A DNA stretch of 64,000 nt from Octopus sinensis (GCF_006345805.1 NC_042997.1:126604001-126668000), one strand, 5' to 3'. Shown: positions 39,108 to 53,119, counted from the first letter of the stretch. Translations and numbers: made by a program. The notes: a model not told the origin generated them from the sequence alone.

Positions 39108-39381
39108 AGAAAATGCTGCCCTGCTGATGTGAATGTCAAAAAGAAAGAGGATAACTACAAACAACTGCACTGAAACTTCCAGTTTTTATATCCTGATTAT
39201 AAATTTACATTTATACCAATAGTAATTGGTGCACTTAGCTTGAGATTAAATGGCTAAGTGATAATCTGGATAAGCTAGGGTTTTCAGAAAATGACTTGAC
39301 CAGTTAATTCACACATTACAAATACGATCTGTAAGTGGAACAGTAAAGATGTGCAAGACTTTCCTCAAGTCTAAAATGTGA
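39108..39381 (+). mobile_element. Third RLE-type non-LTR retrotransposon C-terminal fragment
   Basis: CCPADVNVKKKEDNYKQL...LYPDYKFTFIPIVIGAL...LDKLGFSE...LQIRSVSGTVKMCKTFLKSKM*, with internal stop and frameshifts. Confidence 0.7.
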
Positions 39382-39544
39382 ATTTGTTTTTGTCATCTAC
39401 ATTCCAATAATGGCGCTGTATATCTTTGTTATAAAACAGCTCCTTTCTCAGATGAAGAATTCAAATAATTAAAAGTAGAAGAGAACATATACACATATGT
39501 GTGTATCTGTGTGTTTATGTGCCTGTATGTGTATGCAAACACTG

Positions 39545-39760
39545 ATGCAGATGTAGATGTGACGACGATGATGATGACGACGACGATGATGATGATGTTG
39601 ATGATGATGGTGTGGATGTTGACAATGTTAATGGTAACGGTGATGGTGATGATGATGATGGTGATGATGATGATGGTGGTGGTGGTAGTGATGATGATGA
39701 TGGTGATGATGATAATGATGATAATGATGATCGATGATAATGATGATGATGACGACGTAT
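39545..39760. repeat. (GAT/GGT)n microsatellite
   Basis: Seen directly. Confidence 0.95.
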
Positions 39761-40578
39761 GAGGACAGTTATGACAGCCATACGTTATAATGTCAGAGAG
39801 GTAAATAAGAAGCGCTTCAAGTCAAGACACATATTAATATATTTCTTACCCAATGAGATGACAGGTTATATATTGTAGGTAGAAAGGTTGAGAGGTAGAA
39901 GAGAAGTGATATTTGATGAACCATAACTCTGGGCCACTTTTTGGCATCATTTATTAACTATAGGTGGGTAAGTTTGTATTGTACTTACCATAAATTAGTT
40001 CAAGCATTAGTGCCTCTTCATCGTTTCACATCTGTCATTCGCAGACCAAAAGTCACTCACTTAACTAACTCCTTCACTAGAGAGTTACTGCTTGTCTCAC
40101 ATTATATACAAAACAATACTTCTAAATTTATGCAAAAAAATATGAGGAAAAAAATTAAAAAAAGAATCATATTAATTTTAGCTTCTTTTTATTATTTTCT
40201 TTCTTTTCTTTTGAGAAGGAGAGAAAAAGTGGAATTTTCTTTCTTTAATGTTTTTATTAATTCTTTTCTATTTTTTGAATAAAAAAACAGTAAAGGAGAA
40301 AGATGATTTGGTTCTATTTTATCTGAATGATATAAAGAATTGGTTGAAATTGAGGCAACTGTCTGTTACTGTCTTTAGAAATATCTTGACAGGGTTCCTG
40401 CTCTCACTTGAAACTATTCATAAATGTTTTCAAAGATTGTGGTCTTATTTTGGTCTGCACACACTCATACACACATGTGTGCACTCATACACACATATAA
40501 ACACATATGTGTGTGTACATACGTCATATATGTATATATATGATGTATGAATATGGACATATATGTGTGTATATGTAT

Positions 40579-40609
<31 letters not shown>

Positions 40610-40792
40610 ATATACTCACACATATTTAATTACTTATATGCATACATATGTGTGTGTGTGTATATATATATATGTGTATGTGTGTGTGTATGTATATATA
40701 TATACATATATATGTCTATCTGTCTGTCTATCTATCTATCTATCTATCTATCTATGCACACACACAGGCATACACATCCCCCCTCAATTATT

Positions 40793-40866
<74 letters not shown>

Positions 40867-41814
40867 GCATACATACACACACACATATATGAAGATAGCT
40901 AGGTAGATAATATGTGTATCTGTCTACATATATATATATCTTCCTGTGTACTTGTCTATATTTATGTAAATATATATATATATTTACACATGAACACTCA
41001 CTTACAGACACGCACACATACATATACATGCACACACAGATAGATAAATTGATAGATAGCTATAGATACACACACACACTCATCTATATGTAAATATATA
41101 TAACTACATATATACACAACGTTATTATTTTCTCTTCTAAGCTGATCTGAAAATCTCTCATACCACTTATTTTGGCCTTTTCCAGCTGAAAAAGTCTTAA
41201 AATATCTTTGCAGATGTGAAAAAGTAGGAAAAGAATGCAAAGACTGTTAATATCTGAAGATAATTACAGACTCTAAATAACCAATATGTGAGAATAATTT
41301 CTATAAATCTACAATTGTTCCAACTTGGAATAATAATGATAAAATAGGAAATTCAAATATAAGCACTGTCATAGCCTTGAAAGAATTTTGATTTTGATTC
41401 ACTTGTGCTGTTTCTTACACAGGAACTATGTTTGGTCTGTTCAAGCCTTTTTTGTTTAGGGGGTTTATTTTTAGACAACCTCTGATGGCAGTCGTGTAAT
41501 TATCTAGAGTTGACAGGGAGGCAGTTATGTATTATGATTGAGTCTTTTGATCTTTGTTTCATTGAAATAACCTCTTATATTGATCATTGCTGGATGGTCA
41601 TGTGGAATGAGTGGAGGTGCATGGCTTTGTGGTTAGGGTATTGCTCTCATGATAATAAAATTGTGGTTCTGTTCCAGGACTGGGCGATGCGTTGTGTTTT
41701 TGAAGAAAACACTTTGTTTCACTTTCCACAAGTCCACTCAGCTGGCAAAAGTGAATAACTCATCAAAGGACTAGCATCCCATCCATTGGGGAAATATATA
41801 TGCTACGTATAATG

Positions 41815-42110
41815 CACCATTCGAGCGTGGTTGTTGCCAGTGCTGCCTGACTGGCTCCCGTGCTGGTGGCATGTAAAAAGCACCATTCAAGTGTGGCCAA
41901 TGCCAGTACTGCCTGACTGACCCTCATGCTGGTGGCATGTAAAAAGCACCCACTACACTCTCAGAGTGGTTGGAATTGGGAAGGGCATCAAGCTGTAGAA
42001 ATATTGCCAAATCAGATTGGAGCCTGGTGCAGCCTCCTGGTTCGCCAGCCCTCAGTCAAACCGTCCAACCCATGCCAGTATTGAAAGTGGGCATTAAACG
42101 ACAACAACGT

Positions 42111-42146
<36 letters not shown>

Positions 42147-42150
42147 GAAT
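41815..42150 (+). mobile_element. (GAT)n-tailed SINE-like element
   Basis: Family match. Confidence 0.85.
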
Positions 42151-42349
42151 CCATGAAGCCAGCCTATGGTTAGGGAACAATTTTTGATCCTCTTTTTCAT
42201 GGGGTGACGAGTTCCCAGTTAATTTCTCTGGAATGTCATGTTTTATCGTGTCTTTTAGAGAATGATAAACTGAATCAGGTTCAGAAACATTTGGTCTTTT
42301 TCTCTTTGTTTGTTGAGTCTGACAGAAAAGACATTATCAATGTTTGTTA

Positions 42350-42915
42350 TATTGGGTTGTCCGGAAAGTTCGTGCTGATTTTTAAAGGAAAGAAAAAGGT
42401 CAATAAATACTTGCCATTACATTTTTATCAACCAAATATGAACCATTTTGTTGCACAATGCGTTTCCATCCTTCCTTTAACTTGAAAATACCCTCTTCTC
42501 GCAATTGAGGTGGTTTGACGGCAAAGAATTCATCTAGGTATCTTTTTACGTCATCCAAGGAATTGAAATTTTTACCATTAAGACTATTCTGCAGAGACCT
42601 GAATAAGTGGAAATCCAAAGGTTCAATATCTGGTGAATATGGAGGGTGGGGTACCACATCCCAGCCGAGCTGCAGCAATTTTTGTCTGGCTCCCAAAGCA
42701 TCATATGCCGAAAATGAACTTTCTTTCCTTCCATTTTAAAGTGTTGCAGAATTAATACAGGTTATAGGAACATAAACCTTTTTCCATGAAAAGATAGATT
42801 AAACTGTGCTTTAAATGGAGGTGTAGTCAAATCCTATTTTATGAACTCAACCATGTTCTAAAATAAGTGGAAAGGTAAGCTACTATAAATTGGCACAAAC
42901 TTTCCAGACAACTTT
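42350..42915 (-). mobile_element. Internally deleted mariner element with both TIRs
   Basis: TIRs ttgggttgtccggaaagttcgtgctgattt (~42352) and aaattggcacaaactttccagacaac (~42887-42912); N-terminal MEGKKVHFRHMMLWE joined to RQKLLQLGWDVVPHPPYSPDIEPLDFHLFRSLQNSLNGKNF. Confidence 0.92.
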
Positions 42916-43499
42916 CCAGATCCTCTCAAAACAGTGAGTTTGATGCTATTAATGTTCCAGTTAAGCTGTTGCATGTCAACACCTGCAGGAAAGACATGAG
43001 CAAGGAAAAGATTCCAGAGGGATGATGATATGGGGAAGACAGGATTGGGGATAATGGTTAGAATGGGACAGAGTGGAGTAGGATGTACCAAGTGTGATTA
43101 GAAATGGAAAGTCAAGTGGGATGGGGAGGGGTTGAGTACTTGAGTGGTGGTGGTATGAGACCAGCCGGCTCCAAGAAACAGAGGCTATTGTAATAGCAAC
43201 AGAAAAGACAAGAAAGAAGAGAGAGTACTTCTGGGTGCTTTAGGTTTTATTCATGTCCATTAGTGATTGAATTCCACTAAGTCAAGTGACTCATACGCAG
43301 ATCTCGGTCTGTGTTCCTCAGGATGTGGGCCAAGATTAATAAATCCAGGTTGTTTGTGTGTGTTGTGGCATTACTGTCCCAGAGGTGAGAGCAGTATTCC
43401 ACAGGGGTTTTACTTGAGCCTAGTTAATTTTTGATGGAGCTAGAACCAACTAAGATCTAGTTAAGCCAATAAGGAAGCTTCTGTACCAGTGTTTAGTGA

Positions 43500-43654
43500 T
43501 CATGGTTATGTGGTAAGAAGTTTGCTTCCCAACCACATGGTTCCAGGTTCAGTCTTACTGCAGGGCACCTTGGGCAAGTGTCTTCTGCTATAGCCTCAAG
43601 CTGACCAAAGCCTTGTATGTGGATTTCGTAGACAGAAACTGAAAGAAGCCTGTC

Positions 43655-43727
<73 letters not shown>

Positions 43728-44505
43728 TATTATAATGAAATAATTGTATACAGTGCTCAGGTGCACCACAACTTGTCAAAAGTGCATATAAAGCATATGC
43801 AGTAATGTACAAATGTCTGGAAAGTGAACAGTGTGTGAGTCAGATACATGCTTGCATGTGTATGGAGGGGAGAAAATCAAGTGTAGTGTTGGCGAATCTC
43901 AGGAAGCATGGAAGTTTTGAAGGATGTAGTGCTCCGACAACTAACAACTGATGCCGGCAGTTTGTTCCATGCTTCAGCAACTCTTAGCATGAAAAAATGT
44001 TTCCAAAAGTCATGGGAGCTGTGCTGTTTTCTGACTTTGTAAACATGTCCACGGATGTTAGACAGGTGGAGTTTGAAAAGATGCTCAGAGTTATTGTTAG
44101 TAAGATGGTTAATAATTTTATGGGTGTCTGCCAAGTCAGCTGCCAGACGTCGGAGTTTCAATGTATCCATGCCCAGGGAAGTAAGGTGTTCAGAATATGG
44201 CAAATGCCTGATGGAGGGTGTTCTCTTGGTTGCACGTCGCTGAACAGTTTCCAGATGATTAATATCCTGGGCTGCATGTGTGTGCGTAATTTTGTGTCTG
44301 TGTCTGTCCTCCACCACTGCTTGACAACCGGTGTCAGTTTATTTGCATCCCTGTAACTTAGCAGTTTGGCAAAAGAACTGATAGAATAAATACCAGGCTT
44401 AAAAAAAGGTATGAGTTGGTCTGTTTGACTAAAAACTCTTCAAAGTAGTGCTCCAGCATGGCCGCATTCTAATGACAGAAGCAAGTAAAGAATAAATAAT
44501 AAAAG
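43500..44505 (+). mobile_element. CORE-type SINE split by a CR1 insertion
   Basis: Head and CORE at 43500-43637; 3' segment at 44275-44505. Confidence 0.8.
43735..44275 (-). mobile_element. 5'-truncated CR1-type LINE with (TTA)n tail (43638-43735)
   Basis: QDINHLETVQRRATK...LPYSE.L..LGMDTLKLRRL..DL...HKII...RGH.YKV...RVAEAWNKLPASVV. Confidence 0.92.
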
Positions 44506-44923
44506 TTAAAAGACATTTACTGCTTCTGTCGTAAAGAATGGTAACACATGAGGAACAATACATTCATCTAGATATACTAAATAAGAAGACAGTCACAGCT
44601 GGAATGTCTGTGTTCATATGGCTGTTTAATTAGGGTCAACATGGTAGGGGAACCGGGGGAGGGCTACATAACAATTACAAAAGCTTGGAGCCAGTAGAGG
44701 TCACATGTGACCTTTACTGAGGTCAGAACAATACAAATTAATTGCAAAACATCACATATTGTTTTACTTTATTGGTGAGGTTATCTGTCAATAAATTTAT
44801 AATTGCGAATCTTCTCACAATGATAAACATGATTGATATTATTTTTTGTTGCCATAGCAACAATAAATAACATCTTAATGATAAATAATTGTGTCTGTGT
44901 TTCTCTTTCATTATCTTTTGTAG

Positions 44924-45205
44924 TTATGTATTACCCTGAATAATATTCAGCATGTCAGTTCCTACCTAGACTGTTTGAAACATGACCTTGAGTGGGAGAA
45001 AACAGCAGCAGCGATGTCTGAACTGCATGACTCTGAAGAAATTGGTGAGAAATGTCTGAACACTTTGAACCGACTTATTGACAACTGCAAGGAGGAAATT
45101 GCTATGAAAAGTGAACTTCTGGTGCAGGAAGTTGTTGGAAGGATGAGTAGAGATATCAGAAGAAAGATGGATCTACTCACAAGAAAAGACTGGAAGAAAT
45201 CGTCT
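44924..45205 (+). CDS. BAIAP3: Internal exon (phase 0, 94 aa) of the same gene
   Basis: Acceptor ttatcttttgtag, donor tct|gtatgt, 282 nt. Reads LCITLNNIQHVSSYLDCLKHDLEWEKTAAAMSELHDSEEIGEKCLNTLNRLIDNCKEEIAMKSELLVQEVVGRMSRDIRRKMDLLTRKDWKKSS; LCITLNNI...LEWE matches BAIAP3 LCVVLNNVELVR and UNC13D LCVVVNDMEQLR...LAWE. Confidence 0.92.
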
Positions 45206-45254
45206 GTATGTAATTTTGTTTTTCTTATGGCTTCAGGTGTAATACTGTGTAGTT

Positions 45255-45880
45255 AAAAAGCTCATTTGCAAGAAAGTGGGTTTGAGTTCAGTCTTGTGTG
45301 TGAGTTTGGTAGATGGAAACTGTGTGGAAGCCCTCCAAATCACATGGTTGTTGGTACAGTCCCACTGTGTTGCACCTTGGGCAAATGTCTTCTTCTGTAG
45401 TTTGGGGCCAATCAAACCCTTGTGAATGGATTTGATAGGCGGAAACTGAAAGAAGCCCATGGTACGTGTGTGTGTGTGTGTGTGACTGTGTGTGTGTGAG
45501 TGTATGTGTATGTGTGTGCGTGTGTATGTGTGTGAGTGAATGGATTTGATAGGCGAAAACTGAAAGAAGCCCATGGTATATGTGTGTGAGTATGTGTGTG
45601 TGTGAGTGTGAGTGTGTATGCCTATGTGCATGTGTTTCTCTGTCTATTTCTATTTGTTCCCCATACCACTCGACTGGTGTTGGCTTGTTTACATCCCCAT
45701 AACTAACTTGGTGGTTCAACAAAAAAAAAAATAATAATAATAATTATAAATAAATAAATAGACCAATAGTATAAATGCATGGCTGAGAAAATAAGTTCTG
45801 GGATCAATATCTATGATTAAACTCTTCGAGGTGGTGCTCCAGCATTGCCAAAGTCCAATAACAAAAACTAGTAAAAGATG
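45255..45880 (+). mobile_element. CORE-type SINE with internal duplication, starting 50 bp after the exon donor
   Basis: Family match; gaatggatttgataggc..aaactgaaagaagcccatggt occurs twice. Confidence 0.75.
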
Positions 45881-46326
45881 AAAGACGTCAGATAAAAGGA
45901 GATTAATAAATCCCAGCTGGTTCCACAGTCAGCACTTTGGCAAATACTGGCTAACAGAGTGTATATAAGTAGACAGTTTGCCTAAAAGAAAACATCAATA
46001 CAAATTGAAAGTTCCAGGGCTAATAAATTAGTTGCAGAGTAGAATATATTGAATTGAAGACTGGAATTTATGACGTTACATCTAATTCTTTAGTTATGAG
46101 CATTTCAACACTACATGGTATATGCAATTCATGAATATAAATATAAGTGATCTTGTAATATTACAACATATAACTATACCGTGCACTTTTCTTCAGACAG
46201 AGGTTCAAAAGTAATGCAATTTACTCTTGGAAAATTATGGTATATTTAGTTTATAAATTCCTGTTCTGTATAGACAGAGAAAGAATGAGATTTAAGGTTG
46301 CTAATATACATATGCAGATAGATCCG

Positions 46327-46357
<31 letters not shown>

Positions 46358-46447
46358 ACACACACACACACTTTCCCATGCACAAATAAATACACCCATT
46401 TACAAGTACAGACACCGAAATTTGCATATGCAAAAATATATGTGCTT

Positions 46448-47218
46448 ATCAGTTCATCCCATAAGTAATGTCTGGACTTCTATATTTTCAATTTGTAAAT
46501 GTTTTAACAGAATTTTAGAATGTTTTTAAGGCAGCGAGCTGGCAGAAACATTAGCATGCTGGGCGAAATGCTTGGCAGTATTGCATCTGTCGCTGCGTTC
46601 TGAGTTCAAATTCCAGCGAGGTTGACTTTGCTTTTCATCCTTTTGGGGTCAATTAAATAAGTCAATTAAATAAGTACCAGTCCTTGTTTGTCCCCTCTGT
46701 GTGTAGCCCCTTATGGGCAGTAAAGAAATAAGAATTTTAGAGTGTCTCATGGCATTAAGTAATATTTATATGTATTTGGACATATGTAAATGAATTGAAT
46801 TTCATTTTGTGGGATAATCAAATTGAAATTTTACCAATTATAGCTCTTCAAACATGAGCATCTAATTGGCATCTGAGGCACATAAGGCTTTATGAGTTAT
46901 AAAAAGGGAACTCTACAGCTAAAGTGAAGTATTTGAAATATTCACGTAGCTTTTGGAGAAGAGTGCCTGAATGAAAGAATGTGCAGAAAATGGTTTGTAA
47001 AATTCAGAAGTGGAGATTTCAGCCTTAAAGATGAGGCCCAAACAGGATGTCCAATTGAGTTTGATGACAAGCTCCTTTTGGCAGAACTTGAAAAATACCA
47101 TGCAGTTTCTGTTGAAGAATTGGCAAGCAAGCTTCATTCAAGCCATACAACTGTCTATTGCCATCTTCAACAACTTAGAAAGGTCCCTAAACTTGGAAAA
47201 TGGCTGCCTCATGACATA
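46448..47218 (+). mobile_element. Mariner 5' fragment (TIR-like start and HTH domain), interrupted by a SINE
   Basis: FGEECLNERMCRKWFVKFRSGDFSLKDEAQTGCPIEFDD...EELASKL...TTVYCHLQQLRKVPKLGKWLPHD. Confidence 0.85.
46528..46729 (+). mobile_element. SINE with ttgcctttcatcc core and TSD
   Basis: TSD agaattttaga(a/g)tgt at ~46508-46522 and ~46730-46744. Confidence 0.85.
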
Positions 47219-48447
47219 TAAGGACCATATTCTACTCATACCATGTCAGTTTGAACTGCATGTAACTAAAGAATTATTGTAATACCTAAATTCAAGTCTT
47301 TCGCTTAATATGTGTATGTGTGTGCATGTGTGTGTGCATGCATGGTTCATGTACATGTGTGTGTGTCTGTGTGTCTTTGTATCTGGTGTTCCCCATTGTT
47401 TATATCCCCATAATTTATCAGTTTCGCCAATGAGAATGATAGAATAAGGCCCACACTTAAAAAAATAAGCGCTGGGGTCAATTTGTTCCACTGAAACCTT
47501 CTTGAAGCAGTGCCTCAGCATGGCCGCATGAATCTACCAATTCACTGCCATTCCACCTCAATAACAATCTTTTCTACTAAAGGCACAAGATTTGAAATTT
47601 TGTAGGGTGGGGGGGGGTCTAGTCAATTACATCAGCCCCAGTGCGCAGCTGGTACTTATTTCCTCAACCCTGAAAAGATGAAAGGCAAAGCCAACCTCAG
47701 TGGAATTTGAACTCAGAATGTAAGGACAGATGAAATGCCGCTAAGCATTTTTCCTGGTGTGCTAACGATTCTGACAGCTCACCGCCTTTTCCATCTCAAT
47801 AATAATAATTCTTGCAGTAAAACAACAGTTTAGATTCTTGAGAAACTGAAACCTTTACGACTAAACCAAAGTTATATTGATGCTACTGTACACTATAGAT
47901 TCCATAGATTTACTTTCAATATCAAATATTTTAGTTGTTTAAATGTTGAAATTTGAAGACACCAGCTTCTTGATTGTGTAACTTTTAATGGCTGACATAC
48001 AGCTTACATTAACAAAATCACTCTTCAAAACCAGAATCCAATACAGGAAACAAAAGGAAACCACCACATAGTTACATCGTATAAGTGATCCTGGGTAAAA
48101 AGTGATTATATTCCATTAATGTTTACTTAAGTTTCCTCAGTAAAAGGTGTTGCACAAAGCAGAATGTATTTTGATCTATAGCAAAGTCAGCTCCATATAT
48201 AAATTTGTTGTTGTTTGGCTCCGGACCAACTCTGTTCAAGCAGACCATGATCAAAGGTCTTCCTGCCAACAATCATATTGTTTTGGTTTTTTTTTATGGC
48301 TAAGAAGCTAGGTCTGTAATCATGTGGCTTCAGGTTCAGTCCCACTGCATGGCATCCTGAGCAAGTGTCTTGAACTATAGGCCTGAACCAACCAATGCCT
48401 TATCATTGAATATGGTAGGTAGAAACAGTGTGGAAAGTCAATGTATA

Positions 48448-48660
48448 TCCATCCATCCATCCATCCATCCATCCATCCATCCATCCATCCATCCATCCAT
48501 CCATCCATCCATCCATCCATCCATCCATCCATCCATCCATCCATCCACACACACACACATACACACACACACACATACACACATACATACACACATACAC
48601 ACACACATACATACACACATACATACACACATACATACACACATACATACACACATACAT

Positions 48661-48712
<52 letters not shown>
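48448..48712. repeat. (CATC)n-(CA/TACA)n-(TA)n compound microsatellite after a CORE-SINE head (48295-48440)
   Basis: Seen directly. Confidence 0.95.
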
Positions 48713-48715
<3 letters not shown>

Positions 48716-49060
48716 ATTTATTTCATCTAGTTTCAGCTCACTAACTGTGGTCATGTACCCTATATCATTACAGATATAGGGTAAAGAATTATTAATGGTC
48801 AGTCAAATATATAATTCTCAAAATATTATGCCAATGAAGGAAATTAATTTTTATAATTCTAATCCCAAAACACGTACATAATTAATCGTAGTCTGTTTGA
48901 TTTCGTTATTTTTTCTTCTTTTTGTCTATGTGAGTTACAAATATTGTCTGTGGAGTCATATTTGTAGTTAAAAGAATTAGCTTTCTTTGGCTGTTATTTC
49001 TAAATTTTCGGTATGTGGTGAAGCAACTTGTTGCTAAACCCTTAATTGTATATATATGTA

Positions 49061-49093
<33 letters not shown>

Positions 49094-49455
49094 CTATCTA
49101 TCTATATATATATATATCCCAGCGTTCACTATTTTTCTCTTGTTCTGGTCTAACAACCTTTCATGGTTGTCTTCATTCGGTTTCCTTGTATGTCTCCACT
49201 GTCATGTTTTTGTTCCCAACTTTGACCCTCCATAAATCCTAAATTTTATTTCATTAGAATTTATGAGACTAACTGTCTTTGAAGATTCATATTGTCGTTG
49301 CTCAAAATGAGGAGTAGATAGTCAGCCAACAACTGATGAAGGGTCTTCTCTCTGTGTTTACTAGTTCTGTTTTCCATTTTTTCTGATTGTTTACACATTT
49401 CATGTTATTTGCACCGTTAGTGGTGTGCTGTACGCATATATGCATGTATACACAA

Positions 49456-49486
<31 letters not shown>

Positions 49487-50152
49487 ATATATATATATAT
49501 ATTATATATAGGAATTAATCTTCTCTCTTCGCTCCTTTGCACCACATGGGCTCAACCCTCCTCTCTTCTTCATCTAACCCTCCTCCCCTCTCTTGTCTCC
49601 CTCTCACACCTACTTCCTCCTACTCACCTTCCTCTCTTGCTCCGACTCCTACTTCTCTTCACTCCTACTCTCCTCTCTTCCCCCTCTCTTTTTATTGTCA
49701 CCCCTCCCTCGTAACCCCACCCCACATTCCCTATCCATCCCATCTCCAACCTATCCCTTACACCCACTCCCACATACCCCATCTCTACCCACATACCCAC
49801 CTCAACCCCCACTCTCAGCCTAACCCACACCCCACCCTTGCTTTCCCCACACTCGCCTCCCTCACCTCCCAACACCATCACACCACATCACACACCACCA
49901 TACCATACACCACCATACCGCACAACACCACATCACATCACACCACCATGCACACACTTGCATTGACCGCTTTCCAGCCCCACACACCTACACATACACA
50001 CACGCACACGCTGAGGTCACTAGCCTTCTTCCACATGCACTTACATGCTCTCTTATACACCTGCGTACACACCTTCATTTGGGGATCACCACTACTTTAT
50101 TATTTCCCCTTCTTCCTAGCTCTCCTGTGTGACCCCTCTGTCCGGCATTCAC

Positions 50153-50343
50153 CATGATAGATCACTAGCCACTGCAAATTCTTTATTTTTTCTCCTTGTT
50201 TCTTTCTGTGTTCCTTTCTGTGGAAGAGTGTAGGCTTGAAATGTTAAAGACGCTTTCACTTCCCGAGCGTTAAACTAATACAACTGTTTGTTTTCTACGC
50301 CACCTGTCTTTGTCTTTTGTTTTTTTTTTGTGAATTCTCCCCC
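50153..50343 (+). mobile_element. Penelope-type relic with hammerhead-like motif; second copy at 52927-53111
   Basis: The two copies are clearly homologous and both end at (TA)n; inferred consensus ctttCTGTGGAA gagc gtag gctc GAAACGTT aaag. Confidence 0.6.
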
Positions 50344-51584
50344 TATATATATATATATAATCATAAAATCAGGAAGTATGAGAATCATATATATTTATTA
50401 TATTTATTATATTTATTTAACAATGAGACTTCCATAGAATTATGATTATTTCACAATGTACTTCATGTAATATTAATTTCAGTCTGGAAGATATTTATAC
50501 ATACATGGTTTGCATTAATATGTATGCCCAGCATTATACAATACATGAGTATATTCACAAATGCAAATAAAGAAAATGATCATATCAAATCACTGGACCA
50601 TCATGGTTACACCAACAATTCAACTCTAAGTATGCACAAAAAATTTCCTCTTTATATAAACATTGTATAGAAGGCTGAAACTGAAGTTGATTTGGTCAGT
50701 AAAAATAACTCAATAGAGATCAATTAACTTAGTCTGATCAAAGTCTTCTAATGGATTCCTCATGTAAAAGAGTTACAAATAATTTTCTGAATCCACATCT
50801 TATACTACACTAGCATGGTTTGGACAGTTTCACTAGAGCTGGTAAGCATAGTAGTAGCAGAATCAAGCAACGATAATCATCAGATTTAAGGATCCTAAAA
50901 TGCTTGCATAACAAAAACATGCGTTGGTGATTATTAAAGATGTGTAAATCTCACTCTTCATTGTGTCCATTTAATATATTATGGAATTTTATATGAAATT
51001 CATTCAAGTGAACTCTGGCTTTACTAACTGAATAGGAGTATAACTGTAATGGTATACTATATACAATTCCCAGAGTTTTCTATTGGCTGATATAGCTAGC
51101 CATATTTGGATTAAAACAGAACATTTGTAAAGTATCTGTCAGTATTTTGAAATCCCTATTTCTTGCTACTTATACACACACACAGACACACAGACACACA
51201 CACAGACACACAGACACAGACCCCCACCCACACACACACAGATGCACACACATACACTTATATATCAATGGATCGAAGCAGTTTGCTTAAAACTCCGTGG
51301 TACTCTGAGTTTCAAGCATGATGCTAATCTTCGGCCATAGGAATCTTAATGAAGGAAGTCAAATGTTTATTACTGGACATCAGCCTGCGATTATTTGAGA
51401 AAAGTCACGTGGTATCACAGTTTGATGTTAGTATTTCAACAATAACAATTACTTAGAAAAACTGCATGGTGAACAGGAAATCGGTTGCATGTTTGGTGGG
51501 GGAAAGTAGGAAGGGGTAGTAGATGTGTGAGTATATATGCATTTATGCATGTATATATGTGTTTATATATCTGTGTGTGTCTGT

Positions 51585-51805
51585 GGCACGTGACTCAGTG
51601 GTTAGAGCATCAAGCCCGGACTGGGCTGTGTGTTATGTTCTTGAGCAAGACATTTATTTCATGTTACTCCAGTTCACTCAGCTATAGAAATGAGTTGCGA
51701 CATCAGAGGTGCCAAGCTGTATCACCCTTTGCCTTTCCCTTTGATAATACTGGTGGCATGGAAAGGGGAGGCCGGTATGCATGGGTGACTGCTGGTCTTC
51801 CAGAC
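51585..51805 (+). mobile_element. tRNA-headed SINE (gtgttcttgagcaagac type)
   Basis: Homologous to 32038-32385. Confidence 0.8.
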
Positions 51806-52517
51806 ATATGAAGAAGACATATAAATTTCAAGATTCTCATACTAAAGTACATACAAATTTCACATTTCTAAACTAACTATATGAACTATATTTGGAATAC
51901 AAGATAATATAACAGATTTTTACATCTGAATATTATAGATTATTGCAGAAGAATAACCAAGGAAGTATATATAGATTTAAAGACTCTCATCAAAAGCAGT
52001 AATTTAAAATTTTTCTTTCAAACAAACACCATTTCATAGATTTACTTCAAATTTAAAAAAACAAACTACCATTTGATATGTTATACAGAATTCAAATTTT
52101 ATATCTCTGAAGAGTAGAAGCGTTGTCTATAAATGCTTATCAATATATGATTTCATTATAGGGATAACTTTTGTGTGAAATGATCATAAAATGCTTTAAA
52201 TAATTAATTCAGAACTTTTAAACTGTCATATGCATTATACTTATACATATCTACATATATTTTTATACATATTTATATTTATTTATTTATATATTTTTAA
52301 TACAACAATTATTTTTCACATGTGTATATCTTTCTGTGGAGTTTTGATATTGATTTCCTAATATTAATAATAATATATTATAAAAAAAATATATATACAA
52401 TCACTCGTATTAAATATATAAATACCTTAATAGTATTAATACTTTGATACAATAGAGCACTCAATATAAATTCAGTATATAATATTCTCATTGGATATAT
52501 TTAACTAAAGATTTGTA

Positions 52518-52586
<69 letters not shown>

Positions 52587-52614
52587 ATATATACACACAC
52601 ACACATATATATAT

Positions 52615-52767
52615 AGGTGCAGGAGTGGCTGTGTGGTAAGAAGCTTGCTTACCAACCTTATGGTTCCGGGTTCAGTTGCACTGCATGGTACCTTGGGCAT
52701 TCTACTATAGCCTTGTGACTGGATTTGGTAGATAGAAACTGAAAGAAGCCTAATGTATATATATATG

Positions 52768-52798
<31 letters not shown>

Positions 52799-52910
52799 TT
52801 GTTGTTTGTGTCTGTGTTTGTCCTCCCACCATCGCTTGACAACCGATGTTGGTGTGTTTACGTCCCCCTTCACTTTGCAGTTTGGCAAAAAAGAAACTGA
52901 TAGAATAACT
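52615..52910 (+). mobile_element. CORE-type SINE, 3'-truncated
   Basis: Family match. Confidence 0.8.
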
Positions 52911-53119
52911 ACTATATATATAATTTGCCATGATAGATTGCTAGCCACTATACATTCTTTATTTTCTCTCCTTGTTTCTTTCTGTGTTCCTTTCTGTGGA
53001 AGAGCATAGGCTCAAAATATTAAAGACTTTCACTTCCTGAACGTTATACTAATACATGTTTGTTGTCTACACCACCTGTCTTTGTCTTTTGATTTTTTTG
53101 TGAATTCTCCCTATATATA

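Noticed and set aside
48830-49350. Further hammerhead-like remnants (ccaatgaagg...ccaaaacacgta; ctgatgaaggg); weaker ones at ~555-595 and ~11530-11600
   Set aside because: The cores or stems are too degraded to assemble a full motif; at most decayed Penelope-type relics.
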